A stretch of DNA of 53,968 nucleotides. Origin: Octopus bimaculoides (lineage: Eukaryota). The notes beneath the pieces were generated by a model, which worked only from the letters and a program-made list of their open reading frames with translations, searched no databases and was not told the DNA's origin. The position numbers and the translations under genes were made by a program. The DNA is taken from contig NC_068994.1 in NCBI RefSeq assembly GCF_001194135.2, positions 52,568,879-52,622,846 on the forward strand, in the 5' to 3' direction. How positions within the stretch are numbered: position 1 is the first letter of the stretch; the number at the start of each line of letters is the position of its first letter. This document shows positions 23,144-35,989 of the stretch, in pieces.

Positions 23144-25082
23144 CTCACCTGGGTGAACTTATGAACAATACATCATCTCATCACGACCTGGTAACAGATA
23201 TTATATGTTACGATCGTGAAGCCAATATTCTAATAACTAGTCAAAATGCGTTGTGTTTTTTCCTCTTATGCCAAATCTCTGTCACTGTAAATCCAATATG
23301 CAGAACATTTTCCGAAATAAGCTAACCTGAAATCTGATGTAGAGTCTTTCACGACATATATTCGCAATAACTAAGGAGAAAAAGCCTTGTTTGAAATATT
23401 CTAAACCTAAAGCGAAATTATTGAACGATGGACGTGTCTATGAGGAGACCGATATATAGAATAGGGGTTGCAAATATAAACAGCTGAATGACGCTGAGCT
23501 CAAGTACATTTGGGCTGTACTATGAATATTTTTATCATCAATATCAATATGCATTTCTTTTTAAACATACATGTGTGTGTTCGATTGTCTGTGAGGAGCG
23601 GGGAGCAGTAGACGTTTGGTAAGATATCGTTGATAAGATCTGATAAGCTAAGCAGGATCACAAACAGCCAATAACACAAATCAGCAAACACCGCAGTGTC
23701 GATAAACAGGAGCTGACGCAGTATAGCTTTATTTTTTTGCAAAAAAAAAAGGCTTTCTGCATATAAAAGCTACTGGAATACAAGATGGCTGCAATTCTAT
23801 TTGTCTAAATATATTTGAGCATCTCAATAACTTAAATAAACCTCTAATTGTCAGTTGAAGTTATTCAATAGGTGTCTCATAATTAGCACATTTTAACTCG
23901 AAGAAAATATTAACTACGTTTAATAACACGGAAAACTTCTTACAAAGATATTTATATAATGATAAGATTATAAAATAATCTGTTAGTAAGTTCCTTCTGA
24001 ATTTCTGTAAGCTGTTATTTAAGAAAGTTAGGGTTCAGGTAATTATAGCAAAAGGCGGATGTTACTCATTAGCCACAAGACCGAATTTACTGATAACATC
24101 AATAAATTATCGAGAAACTCTTAATGGGAGGGCAGCTAATCTGTGTAATGTAATGCAATTGCATGAAATTGCAATGCATGCATGTCGAACATGCTGCTAA
24201 TTAAGATCAGCTGCAGATAATATCTAACTACAGCAACTACAAGTTGGCAGCAATCAAACGCTTCAAAGTAGAAGGTACGCATGATTTGTTCCGATTCTCC
24301 CGTAAATTCAGAGCCAAATCAAAGATTACGCCTCAATACGGAAATGCTTTTATTATAGATATTACTTCGCCACCACATACATTCACACAAACACATGCGC
24401 TCACTGAAACACACTAAATGGAAATGCCGACACTTATTGACATGAAGATTCGCACACATACATATATACCCACATATGTGTATGTAAGTGTAGATATGAC
24501 CGTGCCATATGAAGGTACAAGTTTTCACACATGACATCCAATCAGAAGTTTATGAAAGCTGTTAAAAGTTTGCGAAGGAGAAAGGAAAAGAAACACGCTG
24601 AAAATATCTATGCGTATCTAACAAAAGTGGTAAGATTACAATCAAATCACGTTTGAAATTTTGATTTAATTTACAGAAAATACCGAGTTAAACAATGCCG
24701 TGAGTACGGAAATTTCTGGCAATCTAAGAAACTTTATTCAAAATCTCAGACTACGCTAAGCAATGTGATTGATTGATTTAATCACTCAGTTGACCTAATT
24801 ATGAAATAAGTCTATCTCCGGCAAGAGTTAAGAAGCTTTTTCAAAATTTACACTTTTATTTGTTACTATCAATGGACTAGGGGAATCTTGAATCAGTTTT
24901 TAAGGGTTACTCGAATAAGTCCACCTAAGTCCAAATGATAATTCTGCTACATATATGTGTGAACAGGTCGCGGTCTGAAAGCGACGATGATATTTAGGCA
25001 AATTAAATTCCAATGTTGAAGTGAATCAGTGTGTCAACAACTGGCTTCTCCACCCTTTCAGTGTAATACTTTCAAAGTAGTG

Positions 25083-25187
25083 GTCGACCCGGACGATCGA
25101 AGAGGAAGCACTTCTCCAAAATACCGCACGGTGGGCTGAAGCGTAAACGATGTGATTGCAAAGCGAACCTATTAACTACAGAGCCAT
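25083..25187 (-). mobile_element. Old family B-like (CORE-type) SINE head fragment
   Basis: Reverse complement tggctctgtagttaatagg..caatcacatcg..ttcagcccaccgtgcggtattttggagaagtgcttc aligns with the family B head. Confidence 0.55.
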
Positions 25188-25672
25188 TCTTCTTCAAATT
25201 CTATACCTATAATAAAAGACTGACAAATATGCGTTCTTTGTTTTTTCACAAATTGAAATATATACGTGTATTGGACAATTGTGTTACGGCTTTCAAACAT
25301 CCAGATTGATATTTCTTTAGTCAACTTCAGAAACAAAGAGTAAAGCGGACAGTCAATAGTTTCTTCTACAGACAACAAAATCAAATTAAGATAAAAATGA
25401 TTGTACACTTTGTAGAATAACAGAGTTTGTTGATCGAATAAAGGATGAAATATATAATCATATATTCACTTAATGGAATAGTGATAAATTCGGACAGATT
25501 ATTTGGTTATTGGTTGTATGTAAAAATGAATGTCGTTTGAAAGGATATCATACAGTCTGCGACACTTAATAAGTTGTTGGATTTTCCTGCGAAATATGTG
25601 TAGGATATTTATTTATCATCGAGAGTTGTTGAATTAGGAATATCACACAAAGATGTCACCTCACTGCCTATG

Positions 25673-25705
<33 letters not shown>

Positions 25706-25770
25706 CTCTTTCTCTCTCTCCCTCTCTTCTCTCCCTGTGTATATTTGTATATTTGTATATGTATATATAT

Positions 25771-25980
25771 TCTTTTACTTGTTTCAGTCATTTGACTGCA
25801 GTCATGCTGGAGCACTACCTTTTGTCGAACAAGTCGACCCTAGGACTTATTATTTATAAGCCTAGTGCTTATTCTAACGACCCCGTTTGCTGAACCGCTA
25901 TATTACGGGGGCATAAACACACCAACATCGCTTGTCAAGCGATGGTGGTGGTGGGGGGGACAAACGCACACACGCAAACG

Positions 25981-26012
<32 letters not shown>

Positions 26013-26120
26013 TACACACACATACATATATACACGACGGGCTTCTTTCTGTTTCCATCTACCAAATTCACTCACAAGGCTCTGGTCTGACCGAGGCTAT
26101 AGTAGAAGACACTTGCCCAA
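25771..26120 (-). mobile_element. SINE family B (CORE-type, OR-SINE-like); 5' part lost in the gap
   Basis: Matches 49991-50398 in reverse: tcttttacttgtttcagtcatttgactg..gcttgtcaagcgatg..ccgaggctatagtagaagacacttgcccaa. Confidence 0.9.
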
Positions 26121-27651
26121 TGTATATATATNNNNNNNNNNNNNNNNNNNNNNNNNNNNNNNNNNNNNNNNNNNNNNNNNNNNNNNNNNNNNNNNNNNNN
26201 NNNNNNNNNNNNNNNNNNNNNNNNNNNNNNNNNNNNNNNNNNNNNNNNNNNNNNNNNNNNNNNNNNNNNNNNNNNNNNNNNNNNNNNNNNNNNNNNNNNN
26301 NNNNNNNNNNNNNNNNNNNNNNNNNNNNNNNNNNNNNNNNNNNNNNNNNNNNNNNNNNNNNNNNNNNNNNNNNNNNNNNNNNNNNNNNNNNNNNNNNNNN
26401 NNNNNNNNNNNNNNNNNNNNNNNNNNNNNNNNNNNNNNNNNNNNNNNNNNNNNNNNNNNNNNNNNNNNNNNNNNNNNNNNNNNNNNNNNNNNNNNNNNNN
26501 NNNNNNNNNNNNNNNNNNNNNNNNNNNNNNNNNNNNNNNNNNNNNNNNNNNNNNNNNNNNNNNNNNNNNNNNNNNNNNNNNNNNNNNNNNNNNNNNNNNN
26601 NNNNNNNNNNNNNNNNNNNNNNNNNNNNNNNNNNNNNNNNNNNNNNNNNNNNNNNNNNNNNNNNNNNNNNNNNNNNNNNNNNNNNNNNNNNNNNNNNNNN
26701 NNNNNNNNNNNNNNNNNNNNNNNNNNNNNNNNNNNNNNNNNNNNNNNNNNNNNNNNNNNNNNNNNNNNNNNNNNNNNNNNNNNNNNNNNNNNNNNNNNNN
26801 NNNNNNNNNNNNNNNNNNNNNNNNNNNNNNNNNNNNNNNNNNNNNNNNNNNNNNNNNNNNNNNNNNNNNNNNNNNNNNNNNNNNNNNNNNNNNNNNNNNN
26901 NNNNNNNNNNNNNNNNNNNNNNNNNNNNNNTATATATATATATATATATATGTATGTATAAATGCGTGTATGTGTGGATTGTATGTATTATATATAATAT
27001 TATGTTATATCTATACAAAGTGAAGAATTGCCTATGTACAAAAGAAATATTCACATATTTTATGAGCTAAGTTTTCAACATTAAGTTCCAAATTTTTATG
27101 ACGTTCAGTACACGAACTTTAGCAAAGGCATATATGCGATTGCATAGATTTAATAATTGGCTATTATGTATGTTAAGAGCCATATATAAGAATATATTGA
27201 AACAACAGACAGCATCACTGATATTCGTGAACTTCTTTAAGTAATTGGTGTCCATAACTGATTCTTAATTTGAATTATATTACAGTTTTTGTAATATGGT
27301 ATAAAATTTAAGTTTATATGGTATGGAAGAAGACGTATGTAGGAGTGCTTTTAATATGGGTATGTGAGTGTGTGCATGTATGTGTACGTGTGTATTTGTG
27401 TGTGTATATCTGTGAGAGTGTGTATGTGTACGTTCACGTGCTTGGTGTGGGGGCGTTTTGTTTTCTGTGGAATGTGTCATCGTGAAATTCATACTGAACA
27501 TGTATTTTTACTGCTAGAACATTTCTCTCATTTCAAATAAAACTGAACACTACATAGAATTAGCAATTTCAAACTTGTTTTTCTGTTTGTTACTGAAGAG
27601 AAGAACTGGTCAAGTAGCATTCATATCACTAATGTAATTAAGTCTGTCGCG

Positions 27652-27775
27652 TTTGACATTGCCTCTCATCCTTTCGGGGTTGGTAAAAGAAGTTCCACTG
27701 CAGCAATGGGGTCGATGTAATCGAATCGCCTCCTCCCCCAAAATTTCAATCCTTGTGCCAACGGTAGAAATGAAT
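27652..27775 (+). mobile_element. SINE family A, 3' half
   Basis: gcctctcatcctttcggggt..tggggtcgatgtaatcga..cccccaaaattt..ccttgtgcc..gtagaaa. Confidence 0.75.
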
Positions 27776-27922
27776 ACAACTAATATGATTAAATTTCAAA
27801 CGCCCTTTATGACATCATCTTACGCTCTTCTTTATCTTGATATTCCAAAGTAGAAACTTGTGATGTGAATACGGTTTTCGAAGTTACTATTTCATATCCC
27901 AGTCACGTACTGTGCTTGATGT

Positions 27923-28222
27923 GGAGGCGCAATGGCCCAGTGGTTAGGGCAGCGGACTCGTGGTCGGAGGACCTCGGTTTCGATTCCCAGAACGGGCGTT
28001 GTGTGCGTTTATTGAGCGAAAACACCTAAAGCTTACACGATGCTCCGGCAGGGGTGGTGGCGACCCCTGTTATACTCTTTCACCCTAACTTTCTCTCACT
28101 CTTTCTTCCTGTTTCTTGAGTAACGCTGCGATGGACTGGCGTCCCGTCCAGCTGGGGGGAAAAACATACTCCATAGAAACCGGGGAACCGTGCCCATGAG
28201 CCTGGCTAGGCTTGAAAAGATC
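27923..28222 (+). mobile_element. SINE family C: tRNA-like head with a V-domain-like central segment
   Basis: A box TGGCCCAGTGG and B box GGTTTCGATTCC. cgctgcgatggactggcgtcccgtccag at 28124 resembles the V-SINE domain as I recall it (not checked). Tail gaaaccggg..ccatgagcc followed by oligo-A. Confidence 0.8.
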
Positions 28223-29295
28223 GAAAAAAAATTATCTAAAGAGTACAGTTTTTATATTTTGGAGTTTCCGTTTTGCAGACAGGCATCCTGAAAAGCAAGG
28301 ATTTCTTCGCTTGCCTGATTATATAAGCATCTTAACAATATTTTCTGCCAAAATCTGATGAGAAGGAACAAGGAAGTTGGCGGATAGATTTCAGCAAAAT
28401 CCTACATAATGAATATGCGAATAAGAAAGGATTACTTTTAATAAGCGAGTTAATTACTACACTAGTTATTTCATTCTAGTACTGATTCTAATATTCTTTT
28501 TGTTTATGAGTATATGTTTGCTAACGTAAACAAGCTACCTTATATTCGAATTGTATATTAACTAACATTAGCTAGGCCGTTTATCGGTTTGTCATATTTT
28601 AATGCTTTGTATACTTTGCTGTTGATTATACCCTGTATGCTCGCATTAAATTGGAGTGTTTTGCTATTAGATGCACTTAGGGTTAATGCCAACGTATGCA
28701 ATTTTTAAAAGTTATTCTTATCTATTTTTTGGTAAGTTCTTAGCCTAAATATCTATGTCTCCTATGTAAAGGTATTTGTTATCAGATTAAGTGTATTTTT
28801 CTACACTTCTTAATAGCCATGGTATTAGATTTATGGTTATGTTATAAGCAAATATGCACACTTACACATCTCAAACATATATAAAGTGATTTGTTTGCAT
28901 GTGTGAATTTAAAGCGTATATTTATATCTATGTGACATGTGACAACACGTACACAGACACACACACACATATATATATATATATACATATATATANNNNN
29001 NNNNNNNNNNNNNNNNNNNNNNNNNNNNNNNNNNNNNNNNNNNNNNNNNNNNNNNNNNNNNNNNNNNNNNNNNNNNNNNNNNNNNNNNNNNNNNNNNNNN
29101 NNNNNNNNNNNNNNNNNNNNNNNNNNNNNNNNNNNNNNNNNNNNNNNNNNNNNNNNNNNNNNNNNNNNNNNNNNNNNNNNNNNNNNNNNNNNNNNNNNNN
29201 NNNNNNNNNNNNNNNNNNNNNNNNNNNNNNNNNNNNNNNNNNNNNNNNNNNNNNNNNNNNNNNNNNNNNNNNNNNNNNNNNNNNNNNNNNNNNNN

Positions 29296-29329
<34 letters not shown>

Positions 29330-30273
29330 GTACGTATTTATACATGTATATATGTACGTACTCACACATATATTACACATGGTTATATATATATGCTTTT
29401 GTAGCTATATACATGTATGTATATATGTATGTATATGTGTGTGTGTATGAATATATAAGATGTTTGGGTGCACGTGTATATCTAAAAGTTTGTTCGTGAG
29501 CGTGTATGCGTCTATTTATTCGAGAAACCTTAATACACAAACATTATGTTCCAGTTTGTTGATTTATGCCAATATAATGATTGTTTATTAAGATATGTTT
29601 ACCCAGCAAAACAGAGATGGCGAAAAAACCCCCAAAAAAAACAGAAATAAAAGAAAAATCAAATATTTGATTTGGATTGGCTTCTCAGGCCATGTTGATT
29701 TCTTACTGAACGACAACAATAGCTACAACAGCAACATCTAATAACAAATAAAATCCGGCAAATATTTCCCACTATTAATGATTCTGTCCATTGCAAAAGG
29801 AAACATAAGACTATGTATATACTAAAAATGATTGATACGCCCCACACCAGCGAGTACTATTCAACGTCGGCTTAATACAAACACGGAGAACAAAATTTTA
29901 AGTAAACAGAACGACGCTAAAGAGATGAAGTTGTCTCACACTTGGCAAGTTTTCAGATAAATTACTGGTTTGTATTAGGTCGCCCATAATCTTCTTTTTT
30001 CGGTATTTTTGTCAAAGATTAGTGAAAGGAAGAAGCACAATAAACATGGCTCACTTTGAATGGCCTGCGAGGCTAAAAATACATCTTTCGCTTCAGAGAT
30101 ACAAAAATCATCATCGAATGCATTGAAACAGACCAAATGCATTTAAACATGCGTGGGGGCCTTAATACTTGCAATCTCAGAAAAACAAAGACAAGGGTAC
30201 ACGTAGACACCCATATACATACTAGTACATTTATTTGCAGACAACCACACAGACGACAGACAGACAAATGCAC

Positions 30274-30304
<31 letters not shown>

Positions 30305-30310
<6 letters not shown>

Positions 30311-30550
30311 TATATAAAATCCGTTCTGTCTGTCTTTTTGTGCGCTTGTAACTAGAGTCTTGTTCATCCGATAGCGCTGAAATTTTAAACATGGATACAT
30401 GAGAGAGCGAGGCGTTCTGTAATTTTATAAAGATTTTCCAAATCGTTAGTTTCAAAGTGAGAATCGTTATTTTTGTAATCTTTATGTCTTGTTTGTTCCG
30501 CCATTAAAACAACCAGTTGCTCGGACAGCCGGCACATGCCATTTCGCTAG
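30305..30550 (+). mobile_element. Possible non-autonomous Helitron
   Basis: Starts in (TA)n with tatataaaat..ctgtctgtc..ccgatagcgctgaaatttt, a 5' pattern common in invertebrate Helitrons. Ends in a small hairpin (ggcacatgcc) followed by CTAG. Confidence 0.4.
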
Positions 30551-30589
30551 CAACAAGGGAAGTACAGGATGACAGTTAACCAAAACCGT

Positions 30590-30752
30590 CTACTCTTAAC
30601 TAGTTTTCCTCTTTTCAGTGTTGCTTTGGCACATTTTTCTAATTCAAATTTCATATCTATTTGTTTGGTAAATCCATGTACCGTCTGTAGTAGAGTTTCC
30701 AGCTGTTTATCATTTGTAGCGTATAGCTTTAGGTCATCCATATATCTATTGT
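30590..30752 (-). mobile_element. R4/Dong-like RT fragment containing YMDD
   Basis: YMDDLKLYATNDKQLETLLQTVHGFTKQIDMKFELEKCAKATLKRGKLV; YMDD at 30733-30744. The 5' end abuts (AAT)n. Confidence 0.85.
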
Positions 30753-30756
30753 CATT

Positions 30757-30799
<43 letters not shown>

Positions 30800-30824
30800 T
30801 TCATGTCACTGCCATATGCCTATG

Positions 30825-30884
30825 GGCATATGGCGTATTGGTTAAGAGCGTGGGCTACTAACACCAAGATTCCGAGTTCGATTA

Positions 30885-30887
<3 letters not shown>
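30825..30887 (+). mobile_element. Isolated tRNA-derived SINE head (not a functional tRNA) between two AAT arrays
   Basis: A box TGGCGTATTGG and B box GAGTTCGATTACC; no complete acceptor stem. Confidence 0.55.

Positions 30888-30952
<65 letters not shown>
30888..30952. repeat. (AAT)n microsatellite; an opposite-orientation (ATT)n array lies at 30754-30801
   Basis: Perfect trinucleotide arrays. Confidence 0.95.
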
Positions 30953-30955
<3 letters not shown>

Positions 30956-33277
30956 TCACATCTTATAAGATACGCGTCATGATCTATATCTGATTGTTAA
31001 CCGAAAGAGATAGAAAATGAATGGCGTAGCCTAGATTGGAAAACTAAAATAACCCATTATTCTACACCTAATACAAACTCAATATATGCACATATTCAGG
31101 GATGTTGTACAAACAAGAACTTAATTGCTGTAAAAGAAAAGAAGAAAACCAAAACGAAACTAAGGATAAATTGATTTGAGACGCCACCAACCACATTTTC
31201 CTCTTCATAGTATCCTATAAAATATACATTAAGGAAGTGAGAGTATATAAATGCTGACAATGACTCTGGGCTAAATGCAGAAACGGAATGTCTGATTTTA
31301 GCTGCGCTAAATCCATGCCAAGACACACTTACTCCAAAAATAAATTCTTCACACAAGTATCTATCTTCAACTTCAAAGGATATAACAAAACATCCGTCCA
31401 CGTTATTTTTGGTTGTCTTGTCATCATGAAAATAGAATGTATTCACATATTTAGCTATGAAGATCGTAGTAACCGTTTGGTAATATTTCATCACTTATAA
31501 TTGAATGTAATGATAGACAATAGAACCACACACGAACACTCTGATATATTACAATATCATTGTTACGATGTTCTGGGATATGCCTGTTCAAAGTGAAAAA
31601 GGAATCAAAATAAACAATTCGGACGCTATAAACAAAACCTGAGAGAAACAGGATAAATATGATAGATATAGCGATCGCTCAACAATTGTCGTATTAAAAT
31701 GCTGTTTAAAAGTTATCAAAATGGCCGGATGTTAGTACGGAATTAAATTTGGTATCAATAATGTTTGAAGTGTGTGATCTAAAAAATGAACATTGATAAC
31801 ACGCAAACGAATCATACCAATGTTCATAAAGTTATATACAGTTCTAAAAAAGGTTGAAGATACAGATAACATATTTTCTGCAATGCGGTTACCAAAAGGC
31901 CACACATCACATAGTGTAAGCAATCTCGTCCCAGTATTTTAAGGCCTATCCACAGCAATGAGAGAAAGAATGAGATCATATAACAAACAACAAAGTAAAT
32001 ATCACGAAAATAATTGTACATAGTGTAAGCCTATTTTTTCTATGATCTTTAATGCTTAGCAATAAATTGTATGTTAAAACCAAACTGAAACATTGATACA
32101 GACGGTACATTGATTCAGTAGGGAAGTTGATATAAAATTAAAAACAAAATATACATCAGCGCTATTTTGAAGAGAAAACGAGATCAATGATAACATGTAG
32201 TGATATCAAATTTGATAAAACAACAGAGAAAAGAGGAATTAATGTACAAGACACGCTAGATGCAACACAGAAGGGTTTCAGTAGACAAAAATCACATATT
32301 TGGTTGTGAGAGGTCGTCAAGTATGAGAAGTCGTTTTCAAGGCGTGCACTCGCCATGGACATCGCGGTCAAATTTCGCTGTGGTCAATTTTTCTCTTTTT
32401 GTCATTTGACGAGAAATAAGTAGGGAAGAATGAAATGCAAATTTTGTCACAGTTGCATTTGAAGTCACAACAAAAAGTACTGTCGAAAAATTATTTCATC
32501 ATTATTAGTACTGGGGTTCTTTTATAGATACATGTTACATACAAACATGGATTTGGATAAAGTACATGTGACAATATAAAATAACTTACTCGAAATTTTC
32601 ATTCATATTTAAAACGAGAATGTAGATATTATTTTTAAAAATAAGTAAAAGAACATATTAAAACAAATGTGTAAGAGTTCACTATTTCAATTCGATCAGG
32701 CCTTTGATTAGCAACGATTCCGCACACATGATGGTGTAGAGCTATGAAATAAGACTGTGAATTAGAGACACTAGTATATGTATGTGTGTGTGAGAGAGAA
32801 AGAGTTGCATTAAGGGTGTCGAGAAAGGCCTGGTTGGAGGACTCATCTTCCGAGTTCTTTTTATAGGGCTTAGAAAAACTGAAAAACCACTGCAGATCCT
32901 ACTGTGTTATCTTTTACCCAAAGCCAGGAACTATTCAACACTCTTACAATTAAAGTTGAAATATATATATATAGAGAGAGAAATGTATATATTTCAATTT
33001 GATCATTGGCAGGTGAGTTCATCCGCTTCCTGCGTTGAGTTCCTTTCTCTGACAGAAGCGTCTCGTAAAGAATCTCATTATTTTGTGCCATGCAGCTGAC
33101 ACATCTTCTAGTCGCACTAGATTCCAGAAATGTCCAGAAATTACCTACGTCAATAATATAGGATACAATAGCTTACGTTGCTCTTAAATTTGTCATTCAC
33201 AAAAATAGTGTCTGGTTACTGTTGAGGTTTCTATTACCAAAGTTGTTGACAAACGTGTTGCAAGAAATGCTCTGAAA

Positions 33278-33495
33278 ATATTCTTTTCTACTCTAGGCAC
33301 AAGACCCGAAATATGTGAGGAGCGGACCAGTCGATTAGGTCGACCCCAGTACGCAACTGGTACTTAATTTATCGACCCCGAAAGGATGAAAGGCAAAGTC
33401 TACCTCGGCAGAATTTGAACTCAGACTTAAAGACAGACGAAATACCGCTAAGCATTTCGCCCGGCGTGCTAACGTTTCTGCCAGCTCGCCGCCTT
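33278..33495 (-). mobile_element. SINE family A, best-preserved full-length copy
   Basis: Reverse complement: aaggcggcgagctggcagaaacgttagcacgccgggcgaaatgcttagcggtatttcg..gagttcaaattctgccgagg..gcctttcatcctttcggggtcgataaattaagtaccag.. with A- and B-box-like motifs. Confidence 0.92.
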
Positions 33496-34636
33496 AATGT
33501 TCGAAAACTATACTTTCCTACAGAACAGTCATATTGATGCAAAAAATATATTATCTAAAATATTAAAGTTGCGAATCTCTCTACTTGAGTAGGACTTCCA
33601 TGTTAGAATGTTTTTACAGGCCATACAAAATTCATCCCAGTATATTTGATATAGAAAGCTAACTATTTGCAAAAGCTGAAATAAGAAGCACTGAAAATGC
33701 CAGTACGTGGATGGTACATATAAGAATGATGCAGAGAGGAAAGAAAGAGAAAAACGAGCGTATAGCTCAACTGTATAGATATACTTTTAGGAACTTGTAG
33801 GATTGATGGCCTACGGATTTAGGGATAATATCTGGAAGAAACGAATAAGCTTCAATAATCTCAGATAGCATCAATATAGAAATCTTTAGTGTAGGTCACT
33901 TTAAAACGGTAGCAGTATACAGAGAAAGCTACTAAAATATGAAGAGAGAATATTTGAAAATAGCTGTCTGTCTGAAACCGACGTGGAGAGCAGGTAACAC
34001 GAAATGATAAACATCTACCATTTTTTTATTTATAAATCCGAGCCAATTGCGACACCGGAAAAGTATTCGTGTTTTTAATAAATACACACAAAAAAGAAAT
34101 ATTTCGATTGTAGGCAACTGAATATTTAAATGTAGTCCTATGACTTTTTGCGCAGTATGTGTATTTCAATGTTTTTTTTTTACCTCCTCTTATGCATACA
34201 ATGTTATGCAATATATGAATGTGCAGTAATTGGACGGGTTTCGGAACTAAACACAGAACTTGTGAAATCAATACTTCATGACAACACATATTTATAAGAA
34301 TCAATGTTCATATAAAACGAAAAACCTGAATCCGTATCCATATCTGCACACACATACTATGCTTACATTTGTTGTCAGAAATGATTGCACACCATATAGA
34401 AATTATTCCCATTTTGTACGCATTGAATTTTGAAATATTGGCTGCGGCGACGTTGCTTCTCATCCGTGCATAGTCGATTAAATAATAGCATTCAGTTGGA
34501 GATAATTTTAGCAACATATACCTATACGTTGAGAAACTTCGTCATAGGTTGAATTAAATCTTGAGCATAGAGATGTGGTAGCGGAATTTTTAGAAACACA
34601 AAAGAAATCGAATCAGTTACATGGTTTTATTCTCAC

Positions 34637-34675
34637 CTTGCTAAGTAATGCATTTTGTTAACGACAAAAATATAG
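34637..34675 (-). CDS. Candidate 39-nt symmetric exon, YIFVVNKMHYLA
   Basis: Very strong acceptor ttttttgtcttctttag and donor AAG|gtgaga. Only the phase-2 frame is open. Confidence 0.4.
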
Positions 34676-35634
34676 CTAAAGAAGACAAAAAACGTGGTAT
34701 TCTAGTACTTTCTACATCCACTCTATAAATATGTTGCCATGCAAATGATCAGAAATACTCACCAAAACAATATTGAACTTAATGTGTCTCTTGATATTTT
34801 TTGTGTCTAATTAATGGCACAGCAACTTTTCTGGAACAAGTAATTTGGCTTTGAAAGCTGCTAGGTATAATTATTAATAAATAATACGAATGCAATAAAT
34901 TCATACATCATCTGGATCAGTTTCTGAACGCCATTGAAATCAAAGTAGATCAATAAGATCTAACGGATCGTCTAATCAAATCATAAAAGGAAGAATATTA
35001 AGATTTTGTTTGCTAGAGGGAGAGGAGAAAGAGTGTAGGTATAATAAATCGCCATATTTCGTGTCGAGCCACTGGGTTCTGCGATTAAAAGGAGCTAATT
35101 GTTGATGTTACGTTTTATTTATATGAAATTCGATACAAAATGTGTTCAAATAATGGTGCTGAGAGGACGAAATCCGCTAGGCTACTTCTCTATACCGATC
35201 AGCACATTCAAGGGAATAATGACAGAGAAATCAAGTCAAATAAATCTCTCTTAGTAAAACTTAAAAAGAATTAAGCTTTACACTGATCAGTTACTGAATT
35301 TCATGAATTCATATGAATGGCTGTTAAATTTACTTACTAAACAATTAAAGCAGTGTAATAGAATTTACAGAAGTTAAGAATTTGAACCCGCGAGTACGCA
35401 GGAGCGGGCACCATTTCCTTTGATTTTTGCCCTGGAAGCAGAAAGGCGGGCAGCCACATGGTTTTGTTTTTATGGCTCGCAAATTGGCAAAAACATCGTT
35501 ATTTTCAGCCAAAACTACAATACAATGTTGCCACCAATCCTTCCGTCTACCTGGCATATCGTCAAACGAGGCTCCCGCTAAAGTGTCATCGTACGTTGGG
35601 CTGGTTAAACATCTAAGTTTATTATTATACTCAC

Positions 35635-35699
35635 CTTTGCTGGTCTGAGCCGTTGGCATTTCTTGCCTTATTTGAATTTCTTTCTTTCTTTCTTTCTTT
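35635..35699 (-). other. Candidate exon (coding or UTR) with ATG...MPTAQTSK
   Basis: Acceptor tttttccctgtttcataag and donor AAG|gtgagt. It contains a (GAAA)n run, so it may be non-coding. Confidence 0.3.
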
Positions 35700-35989
35700 C
35701 TTATGAAACAGGGAAAAATGACGAAGGGGTATACTCTTTATGTTGCATGTCTCGTTTTCTCTGTTTGTTTTATTCGTTGTTCGAAAAAAAAATTCGTTTT
35801 ATATGTTTTCGTTTTCTGCTTTAGTTTCTAATTGTGTTCAACGTGTTTATTTATGTCGTGTACCCATATATGCATATACATATATACATATATATGTAGG
35901 TATATACATATATGTATGGATATATGCATATATTTATATATTATTTATATTATTATATACATATATATATATATATATATATGTTAATC

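Noticed and set aside
24165-24200. p53-like CATG half-sites
   Set aside because: The half-sites overlap by one base, so the spacing is non-canonical
27926-28000. tRNA gene
   Set aside because: No closed acceptor stem; it continues into a SINE body and tail
29971-29995. TATTAGGTCGCCCATAA mariner-TIR-like start
   Set aside because: No partner TIR or transposase remnant found
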